From the NCBI GenBank assembly GCA_964016885.1, contig OZ024740.1, forward strand, positions 7,626,001 through 7,690,000: DNA of 64,000 bases, read 5' to 3'. How positions within the stretch are numbered: the stretch's first letter is position 1; each line of letters opens with the position of its first letter. This stretch comes from Eledone cirrhosa (taxonomy: Eukaryota). A program made the translations under genes and the position numbers. The notes beneath the pieces were generated by a model. That model did not search any database. It was not told the DNA's origin and saw only the letters and a program-made list of their open reading frames with translations. Shown in pieces: positions 16,201-30,700 of this stretch.

Positions 16201-17030
16201 AGTTTCGATTGGTATGTCAATTCCGATTGGTATATCAGTTTCGATTGGTATGTCAGTTTCGATTGGTATATCAGTTTCGATTGGTATCTCAGTTTTGATT
16301 AGTATATTAGTTTCTATTGGTATGTTGGTTTCTATTGGTATATCAGTTTCGATTGGTATATCAGTTTCGATTAGTATGTCAGTTTCTATTGGTATGTCAG
16401 TCTCAATTAGTATATCAGTTTCTATTGGTATGTCAGTTTCGATTGGTATGTCAGATTCTATTAGTATATCAGTTTCGATTGGTATATCAGTTTCGATTGG
16501 TATGTCAGTTTCGATTAGTATATCAGTTTCAATTGGTATGTCAGTTTCGATTGGTATAGCAGTTTCTATTGGTATGTCAGTTTCGATTGGTATGTCAGTT
16601 TCTATTGGTATATCAGTTTCGATTGGTATGTCAGTTTCTATTGTTATGTCAGTTTCGATTATTATATCAGTTACTATTTGTATATCTGTTTCGATTGGTA
16701 TGTCAGTTTCGATGAGTATATCAGTTTCTATAGGTATGTCAGTTTCTATTAGTATATCAGTTTCGATTGGTATATCAGTTTAGATTGGTGTGTCAGTTTC
16801 GATTGGTATATCAGTTTCTATTGGTATGTCAGTTTTGATTGGTATGTCAGTTTCTATTGGTATATCTGTTTCGATTGGTATGTCAGTTTCGATGAGTATA
16901 TCAGTTTCTATAGGTATATCAGTTTCTATTGGTATATCAGTTTCGATTGTTATATCAGTTTCGATTGGTATATCAGTTTCGATTGGCATTTCAGTTTCTA
17001 TTGGTATATCAGTTTCTATTGGTATGTCAG
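1245..17030. repeat. Higher-order tandem duplication, 2 copies of a ~7.9-kb unit (439 monomers)
   Basis: Identical ORF-track entries recur at offset 7902 = 439x18 (1539/9441, 3398/11300, 4522/12424, 6278/14180). The offset drops to 7884 after a one-monomer loss near 15530 (8433/16317). Boundaries are approximate. Confidence 0.93.
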
Positions 17031-20000
17031 TTTCGATTGGTATGTCAGTTTCGATTGATATGTCAATTTCGATTGGTATATCAGTTTCGATTAGTATGTC
17101 AGTTTCTATTGGTATCTCAGTTTCGATTAGTATATCAGTTTAGGTTGGTATTTCAGTTTCTATTGGTATGACAGTTTCGATTGGTATATCAGTTTCGATT
17201 GGTATATCAGTTTCGATTGGTATATCAGTTTAGATTGGTATATCAGTTTCGATTGGTATGTCAGTTTGGATTGGTATGTCAGTTTGGATTGGTATGTCAG
17301 TCTGGATTGGTATGTCAATTTCGATTGGTATATCAGTTTCGATTGATATAGCTGTTTCGATTGGTATATCAGTTTCGATTGGTATATCAGTTTCGATTGG
17401 TATGTCAGTTTTGATAAGTATATCAGTTTCTATTGGTATGTCAGTTTCTATTGATATATCAGTTTCGATTAGTATGTCAGTTTCTATTGGTGTGTCAGTT
17501 TTGATTAGTATATCAGTTTCTATTGGTATGTCAGTTTCGATTGGTATATCAGTTTCGATTGGTATATCAGTTTCAATTGGTATATCAGTTTCGATTGGTA
17601 TATCAGTTTCTATTGGTATGTCAATTTCTATTGGTATATCAGTTTTGATCGGTATATCAGTTTCAATTAGTATGTCAGTTTCTATTGGTATATCAGTTTC
17701 GATTGGTATATTAGTTTCGATTAGTATGTCAATTTCTAATGGTATGTCAGTTTCTATTGGTATATCAGTTTTGATTGTTATATCAGTTTCAATTAGTATA
17801 TCAGTTTCTATTGGTATATCATTTTCGATTGCTATGTGAGTTGCTATTGGTATATCAATTTCGATTGGTATGTCAGTTTCTATTGGTATGTCTATTTCTG
17901 TTGGTATATCATTTTCGATAGGTATGTCAGTTTCGATTATTATATCTGTTACTATTGTTATCTCAGTTTCGATTTGTATGTCAGTTTCGATTGGTATATC
18001 AGTTTCGATTGGTATGTCAGTTTCTATTGGTATAAGAGTTTCTATTGGTATGTCAGTTTCGATTATTATATCAGTTACTATTGGTATGTCAGTTTGGATT
18101 GGTATGTCATTTTCGATTAGTATATCAGTTTCTATTGGTATGTCAGTTTCGATTGGTATGTCAGATTCTATTGGTATATCAGTTTCGATTGGAATATCAG
18201 TGTCGATTGGTATATCAGTTTCGATTGGTATATCAGTTTCTATTGGTATATCAATTTCTATTGGTATGTCAGTTTTGATTGGTATATCAGTTTCGATTAG
18301 AATGTCAGTTTCGATTGGTATGTCAGTTTCGATTGGTATATCAGTTTCGATAGGTATATCCGTTTCGATTGGTATGTCAGTTTTGATTGGTATATCAGTT
18401 TCTATTGCTATATCAGTTTCTGTTGGTATGTCAGTATCGATTGGTATGTCAGTTTCTATTGGTATATCAGTTTCTATTGGTATGTCAGTTGCGATAGATA
18501 TGTCAGTTTTTATTGGTATATCAGTTTCGATTGGTATGTCAGTTTCTATTGGTTTGTCAGTTTCGATTAATATATCAGTTACTATTGGTATGTCAGTTTG
18601 GATTGGTATATCAGTTTCTATTGGTATGTCAGTTTCGATAGGTATGTCAGTTTTTATTGGTATATCAGTTTCGATTGGTATGTCAGTTTCTATTGGTATG
18701 TCAGTTTCGATTGGTATTTTAGTTGCTATTGGTATATCAGTTTCCATTGGTAGGTCAGTTTCTATTGGTATGTCAGTTTCTATTGGTATACCAGTTTCTA
18801 TTGGTATGTCAGTTTCGATTAGCATGTCAATTTCTATTGGTATGTCAGTTTCTATTGGTATGTATGTTTCTATTAGTATATCAGTTTTGATTGGTATATC
18901 AGTTTCGATTGGTATGTCAGTTTCTATTGGTATATCAGTTTTGATTGGTATATCAGTTTCAATTAGTATGTAAGTTTCTATTTGTATATCAGTTTCGATT
19001 GGTATATCAGTTTCGATTAGTATGTCAATTTCTATTGGTATGTCAGTTTCAATTGGTATATCAGTTTTGATTGGTATATCAGTTTCAATTAGTATGTCAG
19101 TTTCTATTGGTATATCAGTTTCAATTGCTATGTCAGTTTCTATTGGTTTGTCAGTTTCGATTATTATATCAGTTTCGATTGGTATGTCAGTTTCGATTGG
19201 TATGTCAGTTTCGATTGTTATATCAGTTTCTATTGGTATGACAGTTTCGAATGCTATATCAGTTTCTATTGGTATGTCAGTTTCGATTGGAAAGTCAGTT
19301 TCGATTGGTATGTCAGTTTCTATTGGTCTGAGAGTTTCGATTGGTATATCAGTTTGGATTGGTATGTCAGTTTGGATTGGTATGTCAGTTTCGACTGGTA
19401 TGTCAATTTCTATTGGTATATCAGTCTTGATTAGTATGTCAGTTTCTATTGGTATATCAGTTTCGAATGGTATATCAGTTTCGATTGGTATGTCAGTTTA
19501 GATTGGTATATGAGTTTCGATTGGTATGTCATTTTCGATTAGTATATCAGTTTCTATTGGTATGTCAGTTTCGAGTGGTATGTCAGATTATATTGGTATA
19601 TCAGTTTCGATTGGTATATCAGTTTCGATTGGTATATCAGTTTCGATTGGTATATCAGTTTCTATTGGTATATCAATTTCTATTGGTATGTCAGTGTTGA
19701 TTGATATATCAGTTTTGATTAGAATGTCAGTTTCGATTGGTATGTCAGTTTCGATTGGTATATCAGTTTCGATATGTATATCAGTTTCGATTGGTATGTC
19801 AGTTTTGATTGGTATATCAGTTGCTATTGCTATATCAGTTTCTGCTGGCATGTCAGTTTCGATTGGTATGTCAGTTTCTATTGGTATATCAGTTTCAATT
19901 TGTATATCAGTTTCTATTGGTATATCAGTTTCTATTGGTATATCAGTTTCGATTAGAATGTCAGTTTCGATTGGTATGTCAGTTTTGATTGGTATATCAG

Positions 20001-23000
20001 TTTCTATTGCTATATCAGTTTCTGTTGGTATGTCAGTTTGGATTCATATGTCAGTTTCGATTAGTATATCAGTTTCTGTAGGTATGTCAGTTTCTATTCG
20101 TATATCATTTTTGTATTGGTATATCAGTTTCTATTGGTATGTCAGTTTCGATTGGTATTTCAGTTGCTATTGGTATATTAGTTTCCATTGGTAGGTCAGT
20201 TTCTATTGGTATGTCAGTCTCTATTGGTATACCAGTTTCGATTGTTATGTCAGTTTCGATTAGTATGTCAATTTCTATTGGTATGTCAGTTTCTATTGGT
20301 ATGTATGTTTCTATTAGTATATCAGTTTTGATTGGTATATCAGTTTCGATTGGTATGTCAGTTTATATTGGTATATTAGTTTTGATTGCTATGTCAGATG
20401 CTATTGGTATATCAATTTCGATTGGTATGTCAGTTTCTATTGGTATGTCAGTTTCTATTGGTATATCAGTTTCGACAGCTATGTCAGTTTCGATTATTAT
20501 ATCAGTTACTATTGTTATCTCAGTTTCGATATGTATGTCAGTTTCGATTGGTATATCAGTTACGATTGGTATGTCACTTTCTATAGGTATATCAGTTTCT
20601 ATTGGTATGTCAGTTTTGATTGGTATGTCAGTTTCTATTGGTTTGTCAGTTTCGATTGGTATTTCATTTTCTATTCGTATATCAGTTTCCATTGGTAGGT
20701 CAGTTTCTATTGGTATGTCTGCTTCTATTGGTATACCAGTTTCTATTGGTATGTCAGTTTCGATTAGCATGTCAATTTCTATTGGTATGTCAGTTTCTAT
20801 TGGTATGTATGTTTCCATTAGTATATCAGTTTTGATTTGTATATCAGTTTCGATTGGTATGTCAGTTTCTATTGGTATATCAGTTTTGATTGGTATATCA
20901 GTTTCAATTAGTATGTCAGTTTCTATTGGTATATCAGTTTCGATTGGTATATCAGTTTCGATTATTATGTCAATTTCTATTGGTATGTCACTTTCTATTG
21001 GTATATAAGTTTTGATTGGTATATCAGTTTCAATTAGTATGTCAGTTTCTATAGGTATATCAGTTTCGATTGCTATGTCAGTTTCGATTGGTATGTCAGT
21101 TTCTATTGGTTTGTGAGTTTCGATTATTATAACAGTTACTATTGGTATGTCAGTTTCGATTGGTATGTCAGTTTCGATTGGTATATCAGTGTCGATTGGT
21201 ATATCAGTTTCGATTGGTATATCAGTTTCTATTGGTATATCAATTTCTATTGGTATGTCAGTTTTGATTGGTATATCAGTTTCGATTAGAATGTCAGTTT
21301 CGATTGGTATGTCAGTTTCGATTGGTATATCAGTTTTGATAGGTATATCCGTTTCGATTGGTATGTCAGTTTTGATTGGTATATCAGTTTCTATTGCTAT
21401 ATCAGTTTCTGTTGGTATGTCAGTTTCGATTGGTATGTCAGTTTCTATTGGTATATCAGTTTCTATTGGTATGTCAGTTTCGATAGGTATGTCTGTTTTT
21501 ATTGGTATATCAGTTTCGATTGGTATGTCAGTTTCTACTGGTATGTCAGTTTCGATTGGTATTTCAGTTGCTATTGGTATATCAGTTTCCATTGGTAGGT
21601 CAGTTTCTATTGGTATGTCAGTTTCTATTGGTATGTCAGTTTCGATTAGCATGTCAATTTCTATTCGTATGTCAGTTTCTATTGGTATGTATGTTTCTAT
21701 TATTATATCAGTTTTGATTGGTATATCAGTTTCGATTGGTATGTCAGTTTCTATTGGTATATCAGTTTTGATTGGTATATCAGTTTCAATTAGTATGTCA
21801 GTATCTATTTGCATATCAGTTTCGATTGGTATATCAGTTTCGATTAGTATGTCAATTTCTATTGGTATGTCAGTTTCTATTGGTATATCAGTTTTGATTG
21901 GTATATCAGTTTCAATTAGTATGTCAGTTTCTATTGGTATATCAGTTTCAATTGTTATGTCAGTTGCTATTGGTATATCAATTTCGATTGGTATGTCAGT
22001 TTCTATTGGTATGTCAGTTTCGATTTGTATATCAGTTTCGATTGGTATATCAGTTTCAATTGGTATATCAGTTTCGATTGGTATATCAGTTTCTATTGGT
22101 ATGTCAGTTTCGATTAGCATGTCAATTTCTATTGGTATATCAGTTTTGATCGGTATATCAGTTTCAATTAGTATGTCAGTTTCTATTGGTATATCAGTTT
22201 CGATTGGTATATTAGTTTCGATTAGTATGTCAATTTCTAATGGTATGTCAGTTTCTATTGCTATATCAGTTTCTGTTGGTATGTCAGTTTCGATTGGTAT
22301 GTCAGTTTCTATTGGTATATCAGTTTCAATTGGTATATCAGTTTCTATTGGTATATCAGTTTCTATTGGTATATCAGTTTCGATTAGAATGTCAGTTTCG
22401 AGTGGTATGTCAGTTTTGATTGGTATATCAGTTTCTATTGCTATATCAGTTTCTGTTGGTAAGTCAGTTTGGATTCATATGTCAGTTTCGATTAGTATAT
22501 CAGTTTCTGTAGGTATGTCAGTTTCTATTCGTATATCAGTTTTGATTGGTATATCAGTTTCTATTGGTATGTCAGTTTCGATTGGTATTTCAGTTGCTAT
22601 TGGTATATCAGTTTCCATTGGTAGGTCAGTTTCTATTGGTATGTCAGTCTCTATTGGTATACTAGTTTCGATTGGTATGTCAGTTTCGATTAGTATGTCA
22701 ATTTCTATTGGTAAGTCAGTTTCGATTGGTATGTCAATTCCGATTGGTATATCAGTTTCGATTGGTATGTCAGTTTCGATTGGTATATCAGTTTCGATTG
22801 GTATCTCAGTTTTGATTAGTATATTAGTTTCTATTGGTATGTTGGTTTCTATTGGTATATCAGTTTCGATTGGTATATCAGTTTCGATTAGTATGTCAGT
22901 TTCTATTGGTATGTCAGTCTCAATTAGTATATCAGTTTCTATTGGTATGTCAGTTTCGATTGGTATGTCAGATTCTATTAGTATATCAGTTTCGATTGGT

Positions 23001-26000
23001 ATATCAGTTTCGATTGGTATGTCAGTTTCGATTAGTATATCAGTTTCAATTGGTATGTCAGTTTCGATTGGTATAGCAGTTTCTATTGGTATGTCAGTTT
23101 CGATTGGTATGTCAGTTTCTATTGGTATATCAGTTTCGATTGGTATGTCAGTTTCTATTGTTATGTCAGTTTCGATTATTATATCAGTTACTATTTGTAT
23201 ATCTGTTTCGATTGGTATGTCAGTTTCGATGAGTATATCAGTTTCTATAGGTATGTCAGTTTCTATTAGTATATCAGTTTCGATTGGTATATCAGTTTAG
23301 ATTGGTGTGTCAGTTTCGATTGGTATATCAGTTTCTATTGGTATGTCAGTTTTGATTGGTATGTCAGTTTCTATTGGTATATCTGTTTCGATTGGTATGT
23401 CAGTTTCGATGAGTATATCAGTTTCTATAGGTATATCAGTTTCTATTGGTATATCAGTTTCGATTGTTATATCAGTTTCGATTGGTATATCAGTTTCGAT
23501 TGGCATTTCAGTTTCTATTGGTATATCAGTTTCTATTGGTATGTCAGTTTCGATTGGTATGTCAGTTTCGATTGATATGTCAATTTCGATTGGTATATCA
23601 GTTTCGATTAGTATGTCAGTTTCTATTGGTATCTCAGTTTCGATTAGTATATCAGTTTAGGTTGGTATTTCAGTTTCTATTGGTATGACAGTTTCGATTG
23701 GTATATCAGTTTCGATTGGTATATCAGTTTCGATTGGTATATCAGTTTAGATTGGTATATCAGTTTCGATTGGTATGTCAGTTTGGATTGGTATGTCAGT
23801 TTGGATTGGTATGTCAGTCTGGATTGGTATGTCAATTTCGATTGGTATATCAGTTTCGATTGATATAGCTGTTTCGATTGGTATATCAGTTTCGATTGGT
23901 ATATCAGTTTCGATTGGTATGTCAGTTTTGATAAGTATATCAGTTTCTATTGGTATGTCAGTTTCTATTGATATATCAGTTTCGATTAGTATGTCAGTTT
24001 CTATTGGTGTGTCAGTTTTGATTAGTATATCAGTTTCTATTGGTATGTCAGTTTCGATTGGTATATCAGTTTCGATTGGTATATCAGTTTCAATTGGTAT
24101 ATCAGTTTCGATTGGTATATCAGTTTCTATTGGTATGTCAATTTCTATTGGTATATCAGTTTTGATCGGTATATCAGTTTCAATTAGTATGTCAGTTTCT
24201 ATTGGTATATCAGTTTCGATTGGTATATTAGTTTCGATTAGTATGTCAATTTCTAATGGTATGTCAGTTTCTATTGGTATATCAGTTTTGATTGGTATAT
24301 CAGTTTCAATTAGTATATCAGTTTCTATTGGTATATCATTTTCGATTGCTATGTGAGTTGCTATTGGTATATCAATTTCGATTGGTATGTCAGTTTCTAT
24401 TGGTATGTCTATTTCTGTTGGTATATCATTTTCGATAGGTATGTCAGTTTCGATTATTATATCTGTTACTATTGTTATCTCAGTTTCGATTTGTATGTCA
24501 GTTTCGATTGGTATATCAGTTTCGATTGGTATGTCAGTTTCTATTGGTATAAGAGTTTCTATTGGTATGTCAGTTTCGATTATTATATCAGTTACTATTG
24601 GTATGTCAGTTTGGATTGGTATGTCATTTTCGATTAGTATATCAGTTTCTATTGGTATGTCAGTTTCGATTGGTATGTCAGATTCTATTGGTATATCAGT
24701 TTCGATTGGAATATCAGTGTCGATTGGTATATCAGTTTCGATTGGTATATCAGTTTCTATTGGTATATCAATTTCTATTGGTATGTCAGTTTTGATTGGT
24801 ATATCAGTTTCGATTAGAATGTCAGTTTCGATTGGTATGTCAGTTTCGATTGGTATATCAGTTTCGATAGGTATATCCGTTTCGATTGGTATGTCAGTTT
24901 TGATTGGTATATCAGTTTCTATTGCTATATCAGTTTCTGTTGGTATGTCAGTATCGATTGGTATGTCAGTTTCTATTGGTATATCAGTTTCTATTGGTAT
25001 GTCAGTTGCGATAGATATGTCAGTTTTTATTGGTATATCAGTTTCGATTGGTATGTCAGTTTCTATTGGTTTGTCAGTTTCGATTAATATATCAGTTACT
25101 ATTGGTATGTCAGTTTGGATTGGTATATCAGTTTCTATTGGTATGTCAGTTTCGATAGGTATGTCAGTTTTTATTGGTATATCAGTTTCGATTGGTATGT
25201 CAGTTTCTATTGGTATGTCAGTTTCGATTGGTATTTTAGTTGCTATTGGTATATCAGTTTCCATTGGTAGGTCAGTTTCTATTGGTATGTCAGTTTCTAT
25301 TGGTATACCAGTTTCTATTGGTATGTCAGTTTCGATTAGCATGTCAATTTCTATTGGTATGTCAGTTTCTATTGGTATGTATGTTTCTATTAGTATATCA
25401 GTTTTGATTGGTATATCAGTTTCGATTGGTATGTCAGTTTCTATTGGTATATCAGTTTTGATTGGTATATCAGTTTCAATTAGTATGTAAGTTTCTATTT
25501 GTATATCAGTTTCGATTGGTATATCAGTTTCGATTAGTATGTCAATTTCTATTGGTATGTCAGTTTCAATTGGTATATCAGTTTTGATTGGTATATCAGT
25601 TTCAATTAGTATGTCAGTTTCTATTGGTATATCAGTTTCAATTGCTATGTCAGTTTCTATTGGTTTGTCAGTTTCGATTATTATATCAGTTTCGATTGGT
25701 ATGTCAGTTTCGATTGGTATGTCAGTTTCGATTGTTATATCAGTTTCTATTGGTATGACAGTTTCGAATGCTATATCAGTTTCTATTGGTATGTCAGTTT
25801 CGATTGGAAAGTCAGTTTCGATTGGTATGTCAGTTTCTATTGGTCTGAGAGTTTCGATTGGTATATCAGTTTGGATTGGTATGTCAGTTTGGATTGGTAT
25901 GTCAGTTTCGACTGGTATGTCAATTTCTATTGGTATATCAGTCTTGATTAGTATGTCAGTTTCTATTGGTATATCAGTTTCGAATGGTATATCAGTTTCG

Positions 26001-27700
26001 ATTGGTATGTCAGTTTAGATTGGTATATGAGTTTCGATTGGTATGTCATTTTCGATTAGTATATCAGTTTCTATTGGTATGTCAGTTTCGAGTGGTATGT
26101 CAGATTATATTGGTATATCAGTTTCGATTGGTATATCAGTTTCGATTGGTATATCAGTTTCGATTGGTATATCAGTTTCTATTGGTATATCAATTTCTAT
26201 TGGTATGTCAGTGTTGATTGATATATCAGTTTTGATTAGAATGTCAGTTTCGATTGGTATGTCAGTTTCGATTGGTATATCAGTTTCGATATGTATATCA
26301 GTTTCGATTGGTATGTCAGTTTTGATTGGTATATCAGTTGCTATTGCTATATCAGTTTCTGCTGGCATGTCAGTTTCGATTGGTATGTCAGTTTCTATTG
26401 GTATATCAGTTTCAATTTGTATATCAGTTTCTATTGGTATATCAGTTTCTATTGGTATATCAGTTTCGATTAGAATGTCAGTTTCGATTGGTATGTCAGT
26501 TTTGATTGGTATATCAGTTTCTATTGCTATATCAGTTTCTGTTGGTATGTCAGTTTGGATTCATATGTCAGTTTCGATTAGTATATCAGTTTCTGTAGGT
26601 ATGTCAGTTTCTATTCGTATATCATTTTTGTATTGGTATATCAGTTTCTATTGGTATGTCAGTTTCGATTGGTATTTCAGTTGCTATTGGTATATTAGTT
26701 TCCATTGGTAGGTCAGTTTCTATTGGTATGTCAGTCTCTATTCGTATACCAGTTTCGATTGTTATGTCAGTTTCGATTAGTATGTCAATTTCTATTGGTA
26801 TGTCAGTTTCTATTGGTATGTATGTTTCTATTAGTATATCAGTTTTGATTGGTATATCAGTTTCGATTGGTATGTCAGTTTATATTGGTATATTAGTTTT
26901 GATTGCTATGTCAGATGCTATTGGTATATCAATTTCGATTGGTATGTCAGTTTCTATTGGTATGTCAGTTTCTATTGGTATATCAGTTTCGACAGCTATG
27001 TCAGTTTCGATTATTATATCAGTTACTATTGTTATCTCAGTTTCGATATGTATGTCAGTTTCGATTGGTATATCAGTTACGATTGGTATGTCACTTTCTA
27101 TAGGTATATCAGTTTCTATTGGTATGTCAGTTTTGATTGGTATGTCAGTTTCTATTGGTTTGTCAGTTTCGATTGGTATTTCATTTTCTATTCGTATATC
27201 AGTTTCCATTGGTAGGTCAGTTTCTATTGGTATGTCTGCTTCTATTGGTATACCAGTTTCTATTGGTATGTCAGTTTCGATTAGCATGTCAATTTCTATT
27301 GGTATGTCAGTTTCTATTGGTATGTATGTTTCCATTAGTATATCAGTTTTGATTTGTATATCAGTTTCGATTGGTATGTCAGTTTCTATTGGTATATCAG
27401 TTTTGATTGGTATATCAGTTTCAATTAGTATGTCAGTTTCTATTGGTATATCAGTTTCGATTGGTATATCAGTTTCGATTATTATGTCAATTTCTATTGG
27501 TATGTCACTTTCTATTGGTATATAAGTTTTGATTGGTATATCAGTTTCAATTAGTATGTCAGTTTCTATAGGTATATCAGTTTCGATTGCTATGTCAGTT
27601 TCGATTGGTATGTCAGTTTCTATTGGTTTGTGAGTTTCGATTATTATAACAGTTACTATTGGTATGTCAGTTTCGATTGGTATGTCAGTTTCGATTGGTA
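14680..27700. repeat. Higher-order tandem duplication, 2 copies of a ~6.5-kb unit
   Basis: Offset is 6499 and then 6517 = 362x18+1 (15003/21502, 16317/22834, 17230/23747, 20139/26656). The diagnostic +1 insertion 'tttttgtattgg' is shared at ~20114 and ~26631. Confidence 0.92.
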
Positions 27701-30700
27701 TATCAGTTTCTATTGGTATGACAGTTTTCGATTGGTATATCAGTTTGGATTGGTATGTCAGTTTGGATTGGTATGTCAGTTTCGACTGGTGTGTCAATTT
27801 CGATTGGTATATCAGTTTTGATTAGTATGTCAGCTTCTATTGGTATATCAGTTTCGATTGGTATATCAGTTTCGATTCGTATATGAGTTTCGATTTGTAT
27901 GTCATTTTCGATTAGTATATCAGTTTCTATTGGTATGTCAGTTTTGATTGGTATATCAGTTTCGATTAGAATGTCAGTTTCGATTGGTATGTCAGTTTCG
28001 ATTGGTATATCAGTTTCGATAGGTATATCAGTTTCGATTGGTATGTCAGTTTTGATTGGTATATCAGTTTCTATTGCTATATCAGTTTCTGTTGGTATGT
28101 CAGTTTCGATTTATATGTCAGTTTCGATTAGTATATCAGTTTCTGTAAGTATGTCAGTTTCTATTCGTATATCAGTTTTGATTGGTATATCAGTTTCTAT
28201 TGGTATGTCAGTTTCGATTGGTATTTCAGTTGCTATTGGTATATCAGTTTCCGTTGGTAGGTCAGTTTCTATTGGTTTGTCAGTTTCTATTGGTATACCA
28301 GTTTCGATTGGTATGTCAGTTTCGATTAGTATGTCAATTTCTATTGGTATGTCAGTTTCTATTGGTATGTATGTTTCTATTAGTATATCAGTTTTGATTG
28401 GTATATCAGTTTCGATTGGTATGTCAGTTTCCATTGGTATATCAGTTTCGATTGTATATCAGTTTCAATTAGTATGTCAGTTTCTATTGGTATATCAGTT
28501 TCGATTGGTATATCAGTTTCGACTAGTATGTCAATTTCTATTGGTATGTCAGTTTCTATTGGTATATCAGTTTTGATTGCTATATCAGTTTCAATTAGTA
28601 TGTCAGTTTCTATTGGTATATCAGTTTCGATTGCTATGTCAGTTGCTATTGGTATTTCAATTTCGATTGGTATGTCAGTTTCTATTGGTATGTCAGTTTC
28701 TATTGGTATATCAGTTTCGATAGCTATGTCAGTTTCGATTATTATATCAGTTACTATTGTTATCTCAGTTTCGATATGTATGTCAGTTTCGATTGGTATA
28801 TCAGTTATGATTGGTATGTCACTTTCTATTGGTATATCAGTTTCTATTGGTATGTCATTTTCGATAGGTATGTCAGTTTTTATTGGTATATTAGTTTCGA
28901 TTGGTATGTCAGCTTCTATTGGTATACCAGTTTCTATTGGTATGTCAGTTTCGATAGGTATATCAGTTTCGATTGGTATGTCAATTTCTATTGGTATGTC
29001 AGTTTCTTTTCGTATGTATGTTTCTATTAGTATATCAGTTTTGATTGGTATATCAGTTTCGATTGGTATGTCAGTTTCTATTGGTATATCAGTTTTGATT
29101 GGTATATCAGTTTCAATTAGTATGTCAGTTTCTATTGGTATGTCACTTTCTATTGGTATATAAGTTTTGATTGGTATATCAGTTTCAATTAGTATGTCAG
29201 TTTTTATTGGTATATCAGTTTCGATTGGTATGACAGTTTCGATTGGTATATCAGTTTGGATTGGTATGTCAGTTTGGATTGGTATGTCAGTTTCGACTGG
29301 TATGTCAATTTCGATTGGTATATCAGTTTTGATTAGTATGTCAGCTTCTATTTGTATATCAGTTTCGATTGGTATATCAGTTTCGATTGGGATGTCATTT
29401 TCGATTAGTATATCAGTTTCTATTGGTATGTCAGTTTCGATTGGTATGTCAGATTCTATTGGTATATCAGTTTCGATTGGTATATCAGTTTCGATTGTTA
29501 TATCAGTTTCGATTGGTATATCAGTTTCTATTGGTATATCAATTTCTATTGGTATATCAGTTTCGATTAGAATGTCATTTTCGATTGGTATGTCAGTTTC
29601 GATTGGTATATCAGTTTCGATAGGTATATCAGTTTCGATTGGTATGTCAGTTTCGATTGGTATATCAGTTTCTATTGCTATATCAGTTTCTGTTGGTATG
29701 TCAGTTTCGATTCATATGTCAGTTTCGATTAGCATATCAGTTTCTATAGGTATGTCTTTTTATATTTGTATATCAGTTTCTATTGGTATATCAGTTTCTA
29801 TTGGTATGTCAGTTTCGATTGGTATTTCAGTTGCTATTGGTATATCAGTTTCCATTGGTAGATCAGTTTCTATTGGTAGGTCAGTTTCTATTGGTATACC
29901 AGTTTCGATTGGTATGTCAGTTTCGCTTAGTATGTCAATTTCTATTGGTATATCAGTTTCAATTGGTATGTCAGTTTCTATTAGTATATCAGTTTTGATT
30001 GGTATATCAGTTTCAATTAGTATGTCAGTTTCTATTGGTATATCAGTTTCGATTGGTATATCAGTTTCGAATAGTATGTCAATTTCTATTGGTATGTCAG
30101 TTTCTATTGGTATATCAGTTTTGATTGCTATATCAGTTTCAATTAGTATGTCAGTTTCTATTGGTATATGAGTTTCGATTGCTATGTCAGTTGCTATTTG
30201 TATATCAATTTCGATTGGTATGTCAGTTTCGATAGGTATGTCAGTTTTGATTATTATATCAGTTACTATTGTTATCTTAGTTTCGATTTGTATGTCAGTT
30301 TCGATTGGTATATCAGTTTCGATTGGTATGTCAGTTTCTATTGGTATATCAGTTTCTATTGGTATGTCAGTTTTGAAAGGTATGTCAGTTTTTATTGGTT
30401 TGTCAGTTTCGATTGGTATTTCAGTTGCTATTGGTATATCAGTTTCCATTGGTAGGTCAGTTTCTATTGGTATGTCAGTTTCTATTGGTATACCAGTTTC
30501 TATTGGTATGTCAATTTCTATTGGGATGTCAGTTTCTATTGGTATGTATGTTTCTATTAGTATATAAGTTTTGATTGATATATCAGTTTCGATTGGTATG
30601 TCAGTTTCTATTGGTATATCAGTTTTGATTGGTATATCAGTTTCAATTAGAATGTCAGTTTCTATTGGTATATCAGTTTCGATTGGTATATCAGTTTCGA

